Of a stretch of DNA of 64,000 nucleotides, positions 8,641 through 18,404 are shown piece by piece. Made by a program: the position numbers and the translations under genes. Origin of the DNA: Pirellulaceae bacterium (lineage in GTDB: Bacteria > Planctomycetota > Planctomycetia > Pirellulales > Pirellulaceae); contig JAHDXO010000005.1 in the NCBI GenBank assembly GCA_023382975.1, forward strand, positions 44,876 through 108,875. Direction: 5' to 3'. The notes under the pieces were generated by a model. It searched no databases and was not told the origin of the DNA. It saw nothing but the letters and a program-made list of their open reading frames with translations. Each line of letters opens with the position of its first letter. Position 1 is the stretch's first letter.

Positions 8641-10140
8641 TCACAGTCGGTCGAACGCTTCCCGGACTCGGTCGATCAGATCGGTGGCCGATTCGAGGCC
8701 GACGGAGAATCTCAGTAGATACCGGCTGACTCCGCAACGCTCGGCCCAATCCAACTCGTCGAAATGGGCCAGCAGCGTGAAAGGGCAGCAGAGGCTGAAG
8801 TAGGTGCCCAGATTCGGGCCCTTGGAAAACCGCAGCGAGTCGAAGAAAGACGCGGTGTTTCGTTCCGGGTCTCGCAACAGCAGCGAGAACAAGCCGCCGC
8901 AACCGGCTCCCGCGCGCTGCACGGCAGCAAAGTTCTCCGGGGTGCTGTACTTGGGATAGTAGACATCGGCGACCGCCGGATGCGAACGGCAGTAATCGAC
9001 CAGTTGCTCGGCCGTGCGGTTGACCTGCTGGACGCGGTCTTGAAAATCCTCGCTGTATCTCGCCAGCAGCAGCGCATCGCCGCCCCACAGCACGTCCTCG
9101 TACTCGCGGTCCACGGCGTCACGCAGTCGTTCGAACCAAGGGCTCCGCGGATTCACGATCGCGGCGCCGGCCAGCACGTCTCCGCCACCGGTGAAATACT
9201 TGGTCAGACTGGTCACCATCACATCGGCGACCCCGCCGAGATCGACATTCACGTACGTTCCCAGCGTCTCATCGACGACCAGTGGCACGTCGTGGCGGCG
9301 GACCAGTTCAGCCAGCGCCGCCAAGTCGGGACTGATCAGCAGCGGGTTCGACGGAAACTCGCAGTAGACCGCCGAGACCGGCTCGGTGCGCAACAGCTCG
9401 CTCAATTGCCCCAGTTCCTGATCGTCGCCGCGCGGAAAGAAGTGGACGCCGTGTCCGAGATCCTGTTGGACTTTGAGCGTATCCACGTAGGGAAAGCCGA
9501 ACTGCACACTGCGCCGTCCGGGGAGAACGCGGTTGATGGCTCGAAAAGCCGTGTAGATGGCGCTCATGCCCGACCCGAACAACAGGACGCAATCGGCCGG
9601 GACGCCGGCCAAGTGCGCGATTCGCTGGCGCACGATTCGTTTCGCCTCGTCCGCGTCGGATTGCGGTGTCTGTTGAATCCACGCTTCGGCCAGCCGCGAG
9701 GATACTCCTTCGCCAGCGTGACGCCAGTATTTCTTGGCGGCATCCGCTGCACCGCGCGGAAAACACGTGGCCCACGGCCCCCCGTCCGTCCAAGCGGCGA
9801 TGCGACCGGTCAGCCCGGTTCGGCGCGCGACCCACGCCACACACCGCTGCGCTGCGTTTCGCGAAGGATAGACGTGGCAGAATTCGTCGGGTCCGGCGAA
9901 CCGGCTTGTGGCCTGAGCAAACAACTGCTCGGTCAACGGATGGATGAAGAAGCGGGGGTAGCCGGTTTGCAGTCGCTCGATCACTCGGCGATCGTTCTGC
10001 TCGTATCCGATGACGTCCGCCCACGTCGGCAGACAGACCGAATTGGCGTGCGGCGACGGCGGCAATGGCTTGCCGAGATCCTCCGCGCGCCACAACGGCT
10101 CGTGCAGCAGGTTCCGCTGATAGGTCTCCGGGCCGTTCAT
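8641..10140 (-). CDS. PLP-dependent Cys/Met-metabolism (trans-sulfuration family) enzyme with an N-terminal extension of about 100 aa.
   Basis: The family core GSGMSAIYTAF...DETLGT...VTSLTKYFTGGGDVLAGAAIV is present, including the PLP-binding Lys in SLTKY. Its start overlaps the sulfatase stop by 4 nt. Confidence 0.75.
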   Translation of the reverse strand: MNGPETYQRNLLHEPLWRAEDLGKPLPPSPHANSVCLPTWADVIGYEQNDRRVIERLQTGYPRFFIHPLTEQLFAQATSRFAGPDEFCHVYPSRNAAQRCVAWVARRTGLTGRIAAWTDGGPWATCFPRGAADAAKKYWRHAGEGVSSRLAEAWIQQTPQSDADEAKRIVRQRIAHLAGVPADCVLLFGSGMSAIYTAFRAINRVLPGRRSVQFGFPYVDTLKVQQDLGHGVHFFPRGDDQELGQLSELLRTEPVSAVYCEFPSNPLLISPDLAALAELVRRHDVPLVVDETLGTYVNVDLGGVADVMVTSLTKYFTGGGDVLAGAAIVNPRSPWFERLRDAVDREYEDVLWGGDALLLARYSEDFQDRVQQVNRTAEQLVDYCRSHPAVADVYYPKYSTPENFAAVQRAGAGCGGLFSLLLRDPERNTASFFDSLRFSKGPNLGTYFSLCCPFTLLAHFDELDWAERCGVSRYLLRFSVGLESATDLIDRVREAFDRL

Positions 10141-11600
10141 TCGGTCTCCCGCGGTTTGCGACCAGACCGAGCCTTGGCGGCCGGCTTTGCTCCGGGTTGG
10201 TAGTCGGGGTTGACTTCCGTCGGCAACGGGGCGGGAACTCGACCGATCCAGTCGAGCAAGTCGGCCAGCAGCTCGTTCCGCATTTCCCGGTTGGTCAACG
10301 CCAAATCGTTCCGCTCGCCTGGGTCTTCGGCGATGTTGTACAGCTCCACGGCCGAGTTGGTGTCGAGCTTATCCTGGCCGCCGTCGAGTTGCCATTCCTC
10401 GTGGTAGAGCAGCAGTTTCCAGTCGCCTTTGCGAACAACGCTCACCGGGCGGGTGCGGAACACCGGATCGCGGCCACGGGGCACGGGGCCGTCCAAATAA
10501 CCGGGGAAGTGCCAGAATATCGCTTGCCGGTCGAGGCTCTTTTCGCCTTGGAGCAACGGCAGCAGGCTTGCGCCATCCAGCGCCCGACTGGACGGCAATG
10601 GCGCACCGGCGGCAGCGAGGAACGTCGGATAGAAGTCGACGTTGATCACCGGCACGTCGCACGTTGTGCCTGCCCGCACCACGGCGGGCCAGCGAACGAC
10701 CATCGGTTCCCGAATGCCGCCCTCGTAGTAGCCGCCTTTCTTGCCACGGAGCGGTTCCTGCGACTCGGTGGTTCCCCCATTGTCCGAAGTGAACAGAACC
10801 AGCGTGTTCTGCTCCAGGTCGAGTTCCGCGAGCTTATCGAGCACGAGACCGACACTTGTGTCCAACTCGGCGAGACAAGCGGCAAAGGTCGAATTAGCAT
10901 GGCGTTCGCCCGGCGTCTTCTGCTGGAACTTGGCCTTGGTGGCCGGCTTCGCCTCCAGCGGTGTGTGAACGGCGTAGTGCGGGAGATACAGGAAGAAAGG
11001 ATGGTCTTTGTGCTGGTCAAGAAAGTCGCAAGCGGCCGTCGCGATGGAAAACGCCCCCTTCGGATCGTCCTCGGTAGTGCGGCGCCATCCGGCGGCGGAC
11101 ACCTGGACCACGTCGAAATGGCTTGCAGGAGCGCTGCCTCCGGACCCATCCAAATGCCATTTGCCAAACATGCCGGTGGCGTAGCCGGCGGCCTTCAACG
11201 CCTTGGGCAGGGTGAGATCCTCCGCACTCAGCCCGCCCCGATTGGGAACGGGCTGCATCCGCATCAGGTTGACGGGCCCGCGTTTCGTATTACCTACGGC
11301 GTAGACGCCGTGCCGCGGTGTGTACTGACCCGACAGCAGGCACGCGCGGCTCGGCGCACAATTGCCCGCCGCGGCATACGCTTGGCGGAAGATCATCCCG
11401 TCGCGGGCCAACCGGTCCAGATGGGGCGTCTCGAAGAAATCCGATCCCATGAATCCCGTTTCCTGCCAGCCCAGATCGTCGGCGAAGATCAACACGATGT
11501 TTGGGCGAGACGCCGCCGGGGCTCCGGATACCGAGGTGGGCAACACGCACAGCAGCAGGCCAAACCAACAAAATCCAACCGTGGTTTTCAAATTCATCAT
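10137..11600 (-). CDS. Arylsulfatase-family sulfatase (formylglycine-dependent), secreted.
   Basis: It has the motif IVLIFADDLGWQETGFMG and C-A-P-S-R (the Cys that becomes formylglycine), and an N-terminal signal peptide MMNLKTTVGFCWFGLLLCVL. The ORF track extends to 11639; the start at 11600 is inferred. Confidence 0.85.
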   Translation of the reverse strand: MMNLKTTVGFCWFGLLLCVLPTSVSGAPAASRPNIVLIFADDLGWQETGFMGSDFFETPHLDRLARDGMIFRQAYAAAGNCAPSRACLLSGQYTPRHGVYAVGNTKRGPVNLMRMQPVPNRGGLSAEDLTLPKALKAAGYATGMFGKWHLDGSGGSAPASHFDVVQVSAAGWRRTTEDDPKGAFSIATAACDFLDQHKDHPFFLYLPHYAVHTPLEAKPATKAKFQQKTPGERHANSTFAACLAELDTSVGLVLDKLAELDLEQNTLVLFTSDNGGTTESQEPLRGKKGGYYEGGIREPMVVRWPAVVRAGTTCDVPVINVDFYPTFLAAAGAPLPSSRALDGASLLPLLQGEKSLDRQAIFWHFPGYLDGPVPRGRDPVFRTRPVSVVRKGDWKLLLYHEEWQLDGGQDKLDTNSAVELYNIAEDPGERNDLALTNREMRNELLADLLDWIGRVPAPLPTEVNPDYQPGAKPAAKARSGRKPRETE

Positions 11601-11643
11601 CGAGGTGTTCCCTGGGACGAGTCTTGCGGAAATTCGCATCCGG

Positions 11644-11730
11644 GTAGCCGAATTCGTGAGAATTCGGATGAAATTGGACGATTCTGAATTCTCACGAATT
11701 CAGCTACGGGTCACGAATTCAACTGCGCGA
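11644..11730. repeat. Cluster of GAATTC-N4-GAATTC palindromic repeat units (REP-like). Two copies are in inverted orientation and there is a partial third.
   Basis: gtagccGAATTCgtgaGAATTCgg ... tctGAATTCtcacGAATTCagctac ... tcacGAATTCaa. The same core recurs at ~12782, ~21547, ~53858, and ~63832. Confidence 0.8.
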
Positions 11731-11748
11731 GCGGGTATCATAACGGGG

Positions 11749-12750
11749 ATGGGCATCGTGCTGCAATCACCTCCGTGGATGCTAAAAGCGTACCCGCTTG
11801 CCGTCACCAGCGCCGTGGCGATGGGCTCGGCCGGCGGGTTTAGCGGCGCAGCGTTTTGGCGAGTGGAAACGTCCGCCGGACCGTTCTGTCTGCGGCGTTG
11901 GCCGCCTGAGCATCCTTCGCCCGACCGACTGCGATCGATCCACTCCGTACTGCGACACGTTTTCGACGTCGGCGTGACTCAAGTGCCTGTGCCGATTCGG
12001 ACGCGGGACGGCGGTACGTTTGTAAGTGACGAGGGGCGCCTTTGGGAACTCGCGCCCTGGATGCCGGGCACCGCAGATTACCACAGCCGACCCACGCGGG
12101 AACGATTGGCGGCGGCCATGCGACTGTTGGCCCTCTTCCACACGGCGACCGCCACTTTTCCGGACCGTCCAAGAGAACAACGAGCGTCGCCAGGATTGCG
12201 TCAGCGCCTCGCACAGATCGATCGACTGATGGCCGGCGAAGTCGGACAGATCGCCGCAGCGGTCCAACGCGACACCGAAGTTGGACGCAGTTCGCGAGGC
12301 GTCCAACTGCTCCGCGCGTTTTCGGAACTGGCACCGCGAATCCGTCCCGATCTGGCGGCGGCCGTGGACCGACCGGTCACCCTGCAGCCTTGCCTGCGGG
12401 ACGTCTGGCACGACCACGTGCTGTTCTCGGGCGACGAGGCGACGGGCCTGATCGATTTCGGCGCGCTCCGAAACGAATGCGTCGTCGGCGACGTGGCTCG
12501 TCTGCTCGGCAGTCTGGTTCGCGATGATCAAGCTGCCTGGCAATTCGGACTCTCGGCCTATCAGCAGCTACGCCCACTATCGACCACCGAACTTGCGCTG
12601 TTAGGAATCTTCCACCGGGCAACCATCGTCCTCTCCGGCATGAACTGGCTGCATTGGATTTACATCGAGCGGCGCGCGTTCGAGAATCTGGAACAGGTTC
12701 TCGCTCGACTTGATGGCATCCTGGAGGATATGGAATGTTTGCGCAGTTGA
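11749..12750 (+). CDS. Aminoglycoside-phosphotransferase / CotS-family protein-kinase-like phosphotransferase.
   Basis: FCLRRWPPEHPS and the downstream sequence ...DVWHDHVLF.GDEATGLIDFGAL are the APH-fold catalytic and Mg-binding regions. An ATG at 11749 lies just after the repeat cluster. The ORF track starts at 11362 and reads through the repeats, which I treat as an artefact. Confidence 0.6.
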   Translation: MGIVLQSPPWMLKAYPLAVTSAVAMGSAGGFSGAAFWRVETSAGPFCLRRWPPEHPSPDRLRSIHSVLRHVFDVGVTQVPVPIRTRDGGTFVSDEGRLWELAPWMPGTADYHSRPTRERLAAAMRLLALFHTATATFPDRPREQRASPGLRQRLAQIDRLMAGEVGQIAAAVQRDTEVGRSSRGVQLLRAFSELAPRIRPDLAAAVDRPVTLQPCLRDVWHDHVLFSGDEATGLIDFGALRNECVVGDVARLLGSLVRDDQAAWQFGLSAYQQLRPLSTTELALLGIFHRATIVLSGMNWLHWIYIERRAFENLEQVLARLDGILEDMECLRS

Positions 12751-12781
12751 GATCAAATGGGGTGTCGCTTTGATCGCAGCA

Positions 12782-12836
12782 GAATTCGAGTCTGCTCAAG
12801 CGTTCTTCAACTCATCCGCTTCTCACGAATTCGAGC
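12782..12836. repeat. Degenerate copy of the GAATTC repeat family.
   Basis: gcAGAATTCgagtctgc ... cttCTCACGAATTCgagc. It sits in the intergenic region after the phosphotransferase. Confidence 0.5.
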
Positions 12837-12963
12837 ACGTGGATTCCTGAGAAAACACGGTATCGACCGGCGGTTTCGGCAGGTCATCACTCGACTTCAT
12901 CGATATACTTCCGGTAAGTTGGTGCTCTCCGAGAATGACGCATTTGTTTGATCTTCTGAAGGT

Positions 12964-15558
12964 TTGCTTGAAATGAAACCAAGAACTCGATTTTGTTGCC
13001 TAGTCGGTTTGCTTGTGGCTTTGATGTGCTGTTTCGGTTGGGCACCGGCCCAAGAATCGCAGTTTCCATTCGAGTCGCAACCGGGCCAGTTCGGACTGGA
13101 GGCGGGGGATCTTGGATCGCTGGACGCCTCGAGCGATGCCAGCCAGAATTTGAAACTGTCCGGCGCGCTGAAGTTGCGCGAGGGAAGTCGCGAGGGCATT
13201 TTGCAGGTCACAGCGACCATGCCCGATGGCTGGCATATCTACGCTTTGACTCAAAAAGGCGGCCCCGGCCCATCGTCCCTCACGGTCAAATCGGTGGACA
13301 AGATTGAATTGCTCGGAGCGTTCCGACCGGACGAGGCTCCGGAAAGTCGCGAGGTGGCCGAGTTCGATGTGCCGCTGGACGAGCATTACGGCACGGTTAC
13401 GTGGACAGCGCCAATTCGGCTGGCCGAAGGCGTCGATCCGCAGACCGTCGAGTTGGAAGTTTCGTTCGATGGAATTCTGTGCCACGATACGAAGGGCTGC
13501 GTTCCCGCCATGGACACGCCCGTCGTCGTGAGTTTCGAAGGCACGATGGACGCTGCGGAGGCCGAAACCGCGATCCCGGCTGCGGGCGAGTTCCGGGCGG
13601 ATCGTTCGCACGTGACGATCCGTGGCCATGTCGAGCCGGCGGCGGTTCAGCCAGGGGGCGCGGTGCGTTTGGTGCTGACGGCTGTCAACGACGAGGGGTG
13701 GCACGTCTATGCGTACGCAGCGAAGGATCCGGTTGAGGTCGCGAAGCCTACGTTGATCGTCGTGACGGAGCCTGCCGACTGGAAGATGGGCCAGGTTCAG
13801 GCTTCCGGCGAACCGACCATCAAGCACGAGGAAAGCTTGCCGCCAGTCGCCTACCACGGGGGAACCGTCTCGTGGTCGGTGGATCTGCAGGTTCCCGAGA
13901 ACGCGCCCGAGGGCATGGTCCGGTTGGCAGGGATGATCGGCTACCAGACCTGTACCGACGTGAATTGCGACCGTCCTTTGGCTGCGGAATTCCATGTCGA
14001 CATTCCCGTGGCTTCCGCCATGAGGGACGGGCAGTTGCCGTTGGAGTTCGCCGCGTCGAGTTACGGCACGGTCGCCCGTGCGGCGGAGGCGAGACAAGCG
14101 TCGGCGCCCGAGTCGGCCGTCGCGTCGAAACCCGCCGCCCCGCCGCCGTCCGGGATCCGACAGATCGACTTCTGGGCGGTGACTTTCGAAAAGCTGGGGT
14201 TTCAGGAAGCGGACGGCCGATGGACCCATTCACGGATGCCGTCCGTGGCTTTGAACGCCTATGCACTGACCGCACTAGCCGTGGCGATGGCCCTGGCGGT
14301 CAGCTTCCTGGGTGGATTGATCCTGAACATCATGCCGTGCGTGTTGCCAGTGATCGGCCTGAAGCTGATGGCCTTCGTCCAGCAGTCGGGCGAAAGCCGC
14401 TGGCGGATTTTCACGCTGAACGTCTGGTACTCGCTGGGCATGTGGCTGGTGTTTCTGATCTTCGCTTGCGTGGCCGCGGTATTGCACCTGCTGGGCGAGA
14501 CGTTCGCGTGGGGCGAGCATCTGGGCGACCCCGCCTTCTCGATCCCGTTGTTGCTGCTTGTGTTCACTCTGGGGCTGAGCATGTTCGGCGTTTGGGAGAT
14601 CCCGATCCCCGGTTTCGTCGGCAGCGGCAAGGCGAACGAACTGGCGATGAAGGAGGGGCCGGCGGGCGCATTTTTCAAGGGCGTGCTGACGACCATTCTG
14701 GCGACCCCGTGCAGCGGCCCCTTCGTCGGTGTGGCCGTCGGCATTGCCGTGATCGCGCCGATCTGGCTGAATTTTGCCATGTTCACCGCGATGGCGCTGG
14801 GGATGGCCAGTCCATACCTGATCATCGGCGCCTTTCCGCAGTTCATCAAGTGGCTGCCGAAACCCGGTGCCTGGATGAACACGATGAAGGAGTTCATGGG
14901 ATTCATCCTGATGGGCACCGGCGTCTGGATCATCTACTTTCTCGAGAACCGTTTCATCGTGCCGATCCTGTCGCTGCTGGTCGGCGTCGCAGCGGCTTGC
15001 TGGGTAATTGGCGGCACGTCGATCACCGCCACCGCGGCCAAGCGAGTTCGCAACTGGGGGTGGGGCCTGGTGTTCAGCTTGGTAGGTTTTTGGCTGTTCC
15101 TGGCGCTGCTGCCGCCGCCGAGCGAATCGGTCGCGGTCCAACGCAACGTCAGCGACAGTTCGCCCGAGTTGCCTTGGGAATCCTTCACGCCCGGCCTGTT
15201 GCAGCAGTACCGCGAGGAAGGGCGCACCGTGCTGGTGGACTTCACCGCCGATTGGTGCTTGACCTGTAAGACGAACGAAGCGGTCGCGCTGAACACGCTC
15301 GATACCAAGCGATTGGTGCTGGAAAACGGCGTCGCGACGCTCAAGGCGGACAAGACGCATCGCCGCGCGTCGGAGGACGTCAATCAACTGTTGGTCGAGT
15401 TGGGCAATTTCGGCAAGACCGTTCCCTTCCTGGCGATCTATCCGGCCAGCGGCGAGCAACCGATCCTGCTCGACGGACTGGTGACCAGGGAACAGGTGCT
15501 CACCGCCCTAAACCAAGCCGGTCCTTCGCGCCGATCGGCCCTTGACCCGGATGCGTGA
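12964..15558 (+). CDS. DsbD-family thiol:disulfide interchange protein (CcdA-like transmembrane core plus C-terminal thioredoxin), with a large N-terminal periplasmic extension of about 430 aa.
   Basis: Signal peptide MKPRTRFCCLVGLLVALMCCFGWA. The transmembrane core contains the conserved Cys (LNIMPCVLPVIGL ... TILATPCSGPFVGVAVG). The C-terminal thioredoxin has CxxC (DFTADWCLTCKTNE). Confidence 0.8.
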   Translation: MLEMKPRTRFCCLVGLLVALMCCFGWAPAQESQFPFESQPGQFGLEAGDLGSLDASSDASQNLKLSGALKLREGSREGILQVTATMPDGWHIYALTQKGGPGPSSLTVKSVDKIELLGAFRPDEAPESREVAEFDVPLDEHYGTVTWTAPIRLAEGVDPQTVELEVSFDGILCHDTKGCVPAMDTPVVVSFEGTMDAAEAETAIPAAGEFRADRSHVTIRGHVEPAAVQPGGAVRLVLTAVNDEGWHVYAYAAKDPVEVAKPTLIVVTEPADWKMGQVQASGEPTIKHEESLPPVAYHGGTVSWSVDLQVPENAPEGMVRLAGMIGYQTCTDVNCDRPLAAEFHVDIPVASAMRDGQLPLEFAASSYGTVARAAEARQASAPESAVASKPAAPPPSGIRQIDFWAVTFEKLGFQEADGRWTHSRMPSVALNAYALTALAVAMALAVSFLGGLILNIMPCVLPVIGLKLMAFVQQSGESRWRIFTLNVWYSLGMWLVFLIFACVAAVLHLLGETFAWGEHLGDPAFSIPLLLLVFTLGLSMFGVWEIPIPGFVGSGKANELAMKEGPAGAFFKGVLTTILATPCSGPFVGVAVGIAVIAPIWLNFAMFTAMALGMASPYLIIGAFPQFIKWLPKPGAWMNTMKEFMGFILMGTGVWIIYFLENRFIVPILSLLVGVAAACWVIGGTSITATAAKRVRNWGWGLVFSLVGFWLFLALLPPPSESVAVQRNVSDSSPELPWESFTPGLLQQYREEGRTVLVDFTADWCLTCKTNEAVALNTLDTKRLVLENGVATLKADKTHRRASEDVNQLLVELGNFGKTVPFLAIYPASGEQPILLDGLVTREQVLTALNQAGPSRRSALDPDA

Positions 15559-15578
15559 TTCGCGAACAGGAGGCAGTG

Positions 15579-16388
15579 ATGGGCAAGAACCCGTTTCCCG
15601 GCATGAATCCGTGGCTGGAATCGCATTGGGGTGATGTGCATACGCGGCTGACCACCTACGCGTGCGATCAATTGCAGCCTCTTCTGCCATCGGGCCTCCG
15701 AGCCCGGATCGAAGAGTACGTATCGGTCGATTCCGACGAGGAAAACGCGCAGTCTGCGCCTCGCTTCGCCCCGGACGTGCGCGTCATCGAGCACCCGGGC
15801 GGGACGGAGGCGTCCGGAGGGATCGGCACCCTGGTCGCGGCCGAACCTCTGCTGGTAAGGCGGATCGCGGAACCCGAGACCCTGCGGTACATCCAGATCG
15901 TGGATCTCACGGCCGGACATCGCATCGTGACGTCGATCGAGTTCTTGAGCCCGGCCAACAAGGCCCACGGGCCCGGATGTCGGCAATACCGGAAGAATCA
16001 ACGCCAGATGCTTGATGGTCGAGTGAACGTGGTGGAAATCGATCTGCTGCGGGCCGGCGGATGGGTGCTGGCCGTGAGCAAAGACTCGGTCCCGAAACCA
16101 TGCCGGCGACCGTATCGGATCTGTGTCGTCCGCGCGGCCAACCCCTGGACTGCCGAAGTCTACCGCACCGCTCTGGATCAACCTCTTCCGATCATTCGCG
16201 TACCGCTCCGTTGCGACGACGCCGACGTCCCCTTGAACCTCCAAACGCTGATCGACGCCGCCTACTTCAACGGACGATACGCCGACGACATCGACTACTC
16301 GAAGCCACCTCGTCCCAAGCTGCGAGACGCCGATGCCCAATGGGCAGCACGTGTGCTGACGGACCAAGGTCTGTACCACGAAGCATGA
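15579..16388 (+). CDS. DUF4058-family protein with a PD-(D/E)XK-like motif.
   Basis: The N-terminus MGKNPFPGMNPWLESHW is the hallmark DUF4058 start (MPSPFPGMDPYLE...). An IVD...EFLSPANK motif resembles the Uma2/PD-(D/E)XK active site. Confidence 0.55.
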   Translation: MGKNPFPGMNPWLESHWGDVHTRLTTYACDQLQPLLPSGLRARIEEYVSVDSDEENAQSAPRFAPDVRVIEHPGGTEASGGIGTLVAAEPLLVRRIAEPETLRYIQIVDLTAGHRIVTSIEFLSPANKAHGPGCRQYRKNQRQMLDGRVNVVEIDLLRAGGWVLAVSKDSVPKPCRRPYRICVVRAANPWTAEVYRTALDQPLPIIRVPLRCDDADVPLNLQTLIDAAYFNGRYADDIDYSKPPRPKLRDADAQWAARVLTDQGLYHEA

Positions 16389-16403
16389 TCGCCCCGCAAA
16401 ACG

Positions 16404-18203
16404 TCACAGCAGTTCGTCGAGTTGGGCGACCAACGTGTCGAACTGCTTCAGGGCGGTCTCGACCGGCTCTGGACTGCTCATGTCGACCCCCGCGTCGCGA
16501 AGCAGGTCGAGCGGATCCTTCGAGCAGCCTCCCTTGAGGAAGCCCAAGTAGTCGTTCAATTCCGCGGCACCGCCGTGAAGGACTCGTTGGCTGAGTGCGA
16601 TCGCGGCGGAGAGACCGGTGGCGTACTTGTAGACGTAGAATCCACGATAGAAATGCGGGATGCGGAAGCATTCCAGGGACAGTTCGTCGTCCAAGGCGAA
16701 ATCGGGGCCGAAATACTGTTCCAGCAGATTGCGGTACGTGTCCTTGAACGTTTGCACCGTCAGCGGCTGGCCGGCTTCGGCCATCTCGTGCGTGATCTTT
16801 TCGAATTCCGCGAACATCGTCTGACGCACGATCGTGGCCCGGATGCTGTCCACCTCGCGGTTGATCAGGTAGGCCCGCTGACGATCGTCCTTGGCTCGCT
16901 GCAACAAGTATTGGAACAGCAGTTGCTCGTTGAACGTGCTGGCGACTTCGGCGACGAAGATCGTGTAGTTGTAGTACTGAAACGGCTGATGGCGGGCCGA
17001 GTGGTACGAGTGCATCGAATGGCCCGCTTCGTGGGCCAGGGTGAACATGTCTTCGAGCACTTCAGGCTTGTAGTTCATCAAGATGTACGGATCGCCGTCG
17101 AAGGTGCCGCAACTGAAGGCGCCGCTCTGTTTGCCTCGGTTCGGGTAGCGGTCGCACCAGCGGCCTTTCAGTCCCTTTTCGAGCGCGGCGCAGTAATCGC
17201 TGCCCAGCGGAGCGAGCGCCTTGACCACGTTCGACACCGCCTCGTTCCACGTGTGCCGCACCGAGACTTCGCTGAGGATCGGCACGTAGGTGTCGAAGTG
17301 GTGAATGTCCTTCAATCCCATCTTGCGGCGGCGCAGATCGAAATAGCGGTGGACGGCGGGCAATTGGCGGTGGACGGCGGTGATCAAATTCTCGTAGACG
17401 CTGGCCGGTACGTTGTCCGGAAACAGCGCAGCGGCCAGCGAACTTTCGTAACCGCGAGCCTTGGCGTAGTAAACGTCGGTCAGGATCGATCCGCTGAGCG
17501 TCGCGGCCAGCGTGTTTTCGTGCGATTGGAACTGCTGGTAGTATTGCCGGAACGCCGTCCGCCGCACGCTGCGCTTGGGAGACTGCAGCAGTTGCATGAA
17601 GGTCGAGTTGCCTAACTCGATCCGTTCGCCCCGCTCGTTGGTCACCAGACCGAACTTCAAATCGGCGTCGTGCAGTTGCCGGAACGCCTTGCTGGCCGAT
17701 TGCGCCATCTCGCCCTGCATGGCCAGCAGTTCTTCCTCTTTCTTGCCGAGCGTGTGCTTCTTGAACCGCACGATCCGCTCTAGGACCAGTCGGTATGGTG
17801 CCAATTCGACGGCATCGAGCCACGCCTGCAGCTTGCCGGCGGCGATGGCTAGAATCTCCGGACGGATATAGCTGGCCGCTTGCCCGGCCCGGGTGGCGAC
17901 GTTCTGGAAGCGGGCGAGCAATCCTTGGTAGTGGCTGTTCGTCTGGTCCTCGGCGGTCTTCAGGAATGCGTACGTACCGAGGCGTTCGCCCAAACGGTCC
18001 AGTTCGCAATCGAACGCCAAGCATTCCGCCACTACGGCGGGGCCTTCGCTCAAACGGCCTCGAAAACGTTCGTAGCCCGCGATCTGCTCGCCGTATCGCT
18101 GAAAATGTTCCTCCCACGCTTTGTCATCGGGGAAGAGGCTGCCGAGATCCCAAGTATCCGCCTGCTTGACCTGGTGCCGCTGGGGCAACTGCTTTACTTT
18201 CAT
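16404..18203 (-). CDS. pepF: Oligoendopeptidase F (M3-family metallopeptidase).
   Basis: The zinc-binding motif HEAGHSMHSY (HExxH) is present and similarity to M3B runs along the full length. Start is MKVKQLP at 18203, with 'cat' confirmed on the + strand. The ORF track extends to 18395 through an alternative start. Confidence 0.8.
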   Translation of the reverse strand: MKVKQLPQRHQVKQADTWDLGSLFPDDKAWEEHFQRYGEQIAGYERFRGRLSEGPAVVAECLAFDCELDRLGERLGTYAFLKTAEDQTNSHYQGLLARFQNVATRAGQAASYIRPEILAIAAGKLQAWLDAVELAPYRLVLERIVRFKKHTLGKKEEELLAMQGEMAQSASKAFRQLHDADLKFGLVTNERGERIELGNSTFMQLLQSPKRSVRRTAFRQYYQQFQSHENTLAATLSGSILTDVYYAKARGYESSLAAALFPDNVPASVYENLITAVHRQLPAVHRYFDLRRRKMGLKDIHHFDTYVPILSEVSVRHTWNEAVSNVVKALAPLGSDYCAALEKGLKGRWCDRYPNRGKQSGAFSCGTFDGDPYILMNYKPEVLEDMFTLAHEAGHSMHSYHSARHQPFQYYNYTIFVAEVASTFNEQLLFQYLLQRAKDDRQRAYLINREVDSIRATIVRQTMFAEFEKITHEMAEAGQPLTVQTFKDTYRNLLEQYFGPDFALDDELSLECFRIPHFYRGFYVYKYATGLSAAIALSQRVLHGGAAELNDYLGFLKGGCSKDPLDLLRDAGVDMSSPEPVETALKQFDTLVAQLDELL

Positions 18204-18404
18204 CAAGAAACGCCGCTTTCGAACCAAATTGATCGGGAAATCAGCCGCGCCAAGGCAAGCCCGGCATGTCCTACAGACGCCGAATTGTAGGCCAATCATG
18301 GCCCGGCGACTATCGGGGCGAGCGCGGCGCGCTGGTGATCTTGGGGCCAAATCGAACGGGATTGCGAACGTCGGGAGTCTCCGCCGACATGCCACATCGA
18401 AGCA

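Noticed and set aside
11362-11748. N-terminal 129 codons of ORF 11362..12750, upstream of the phosphotransferase domain.
   Set aside because: This part of the ORF reads through the sulfatase start region and the GAATTC repeat cluster (translated as ...EFVRIRMKLDDSEFSRI...). The phosphotransferase homology begins only after the ATG at 11749.
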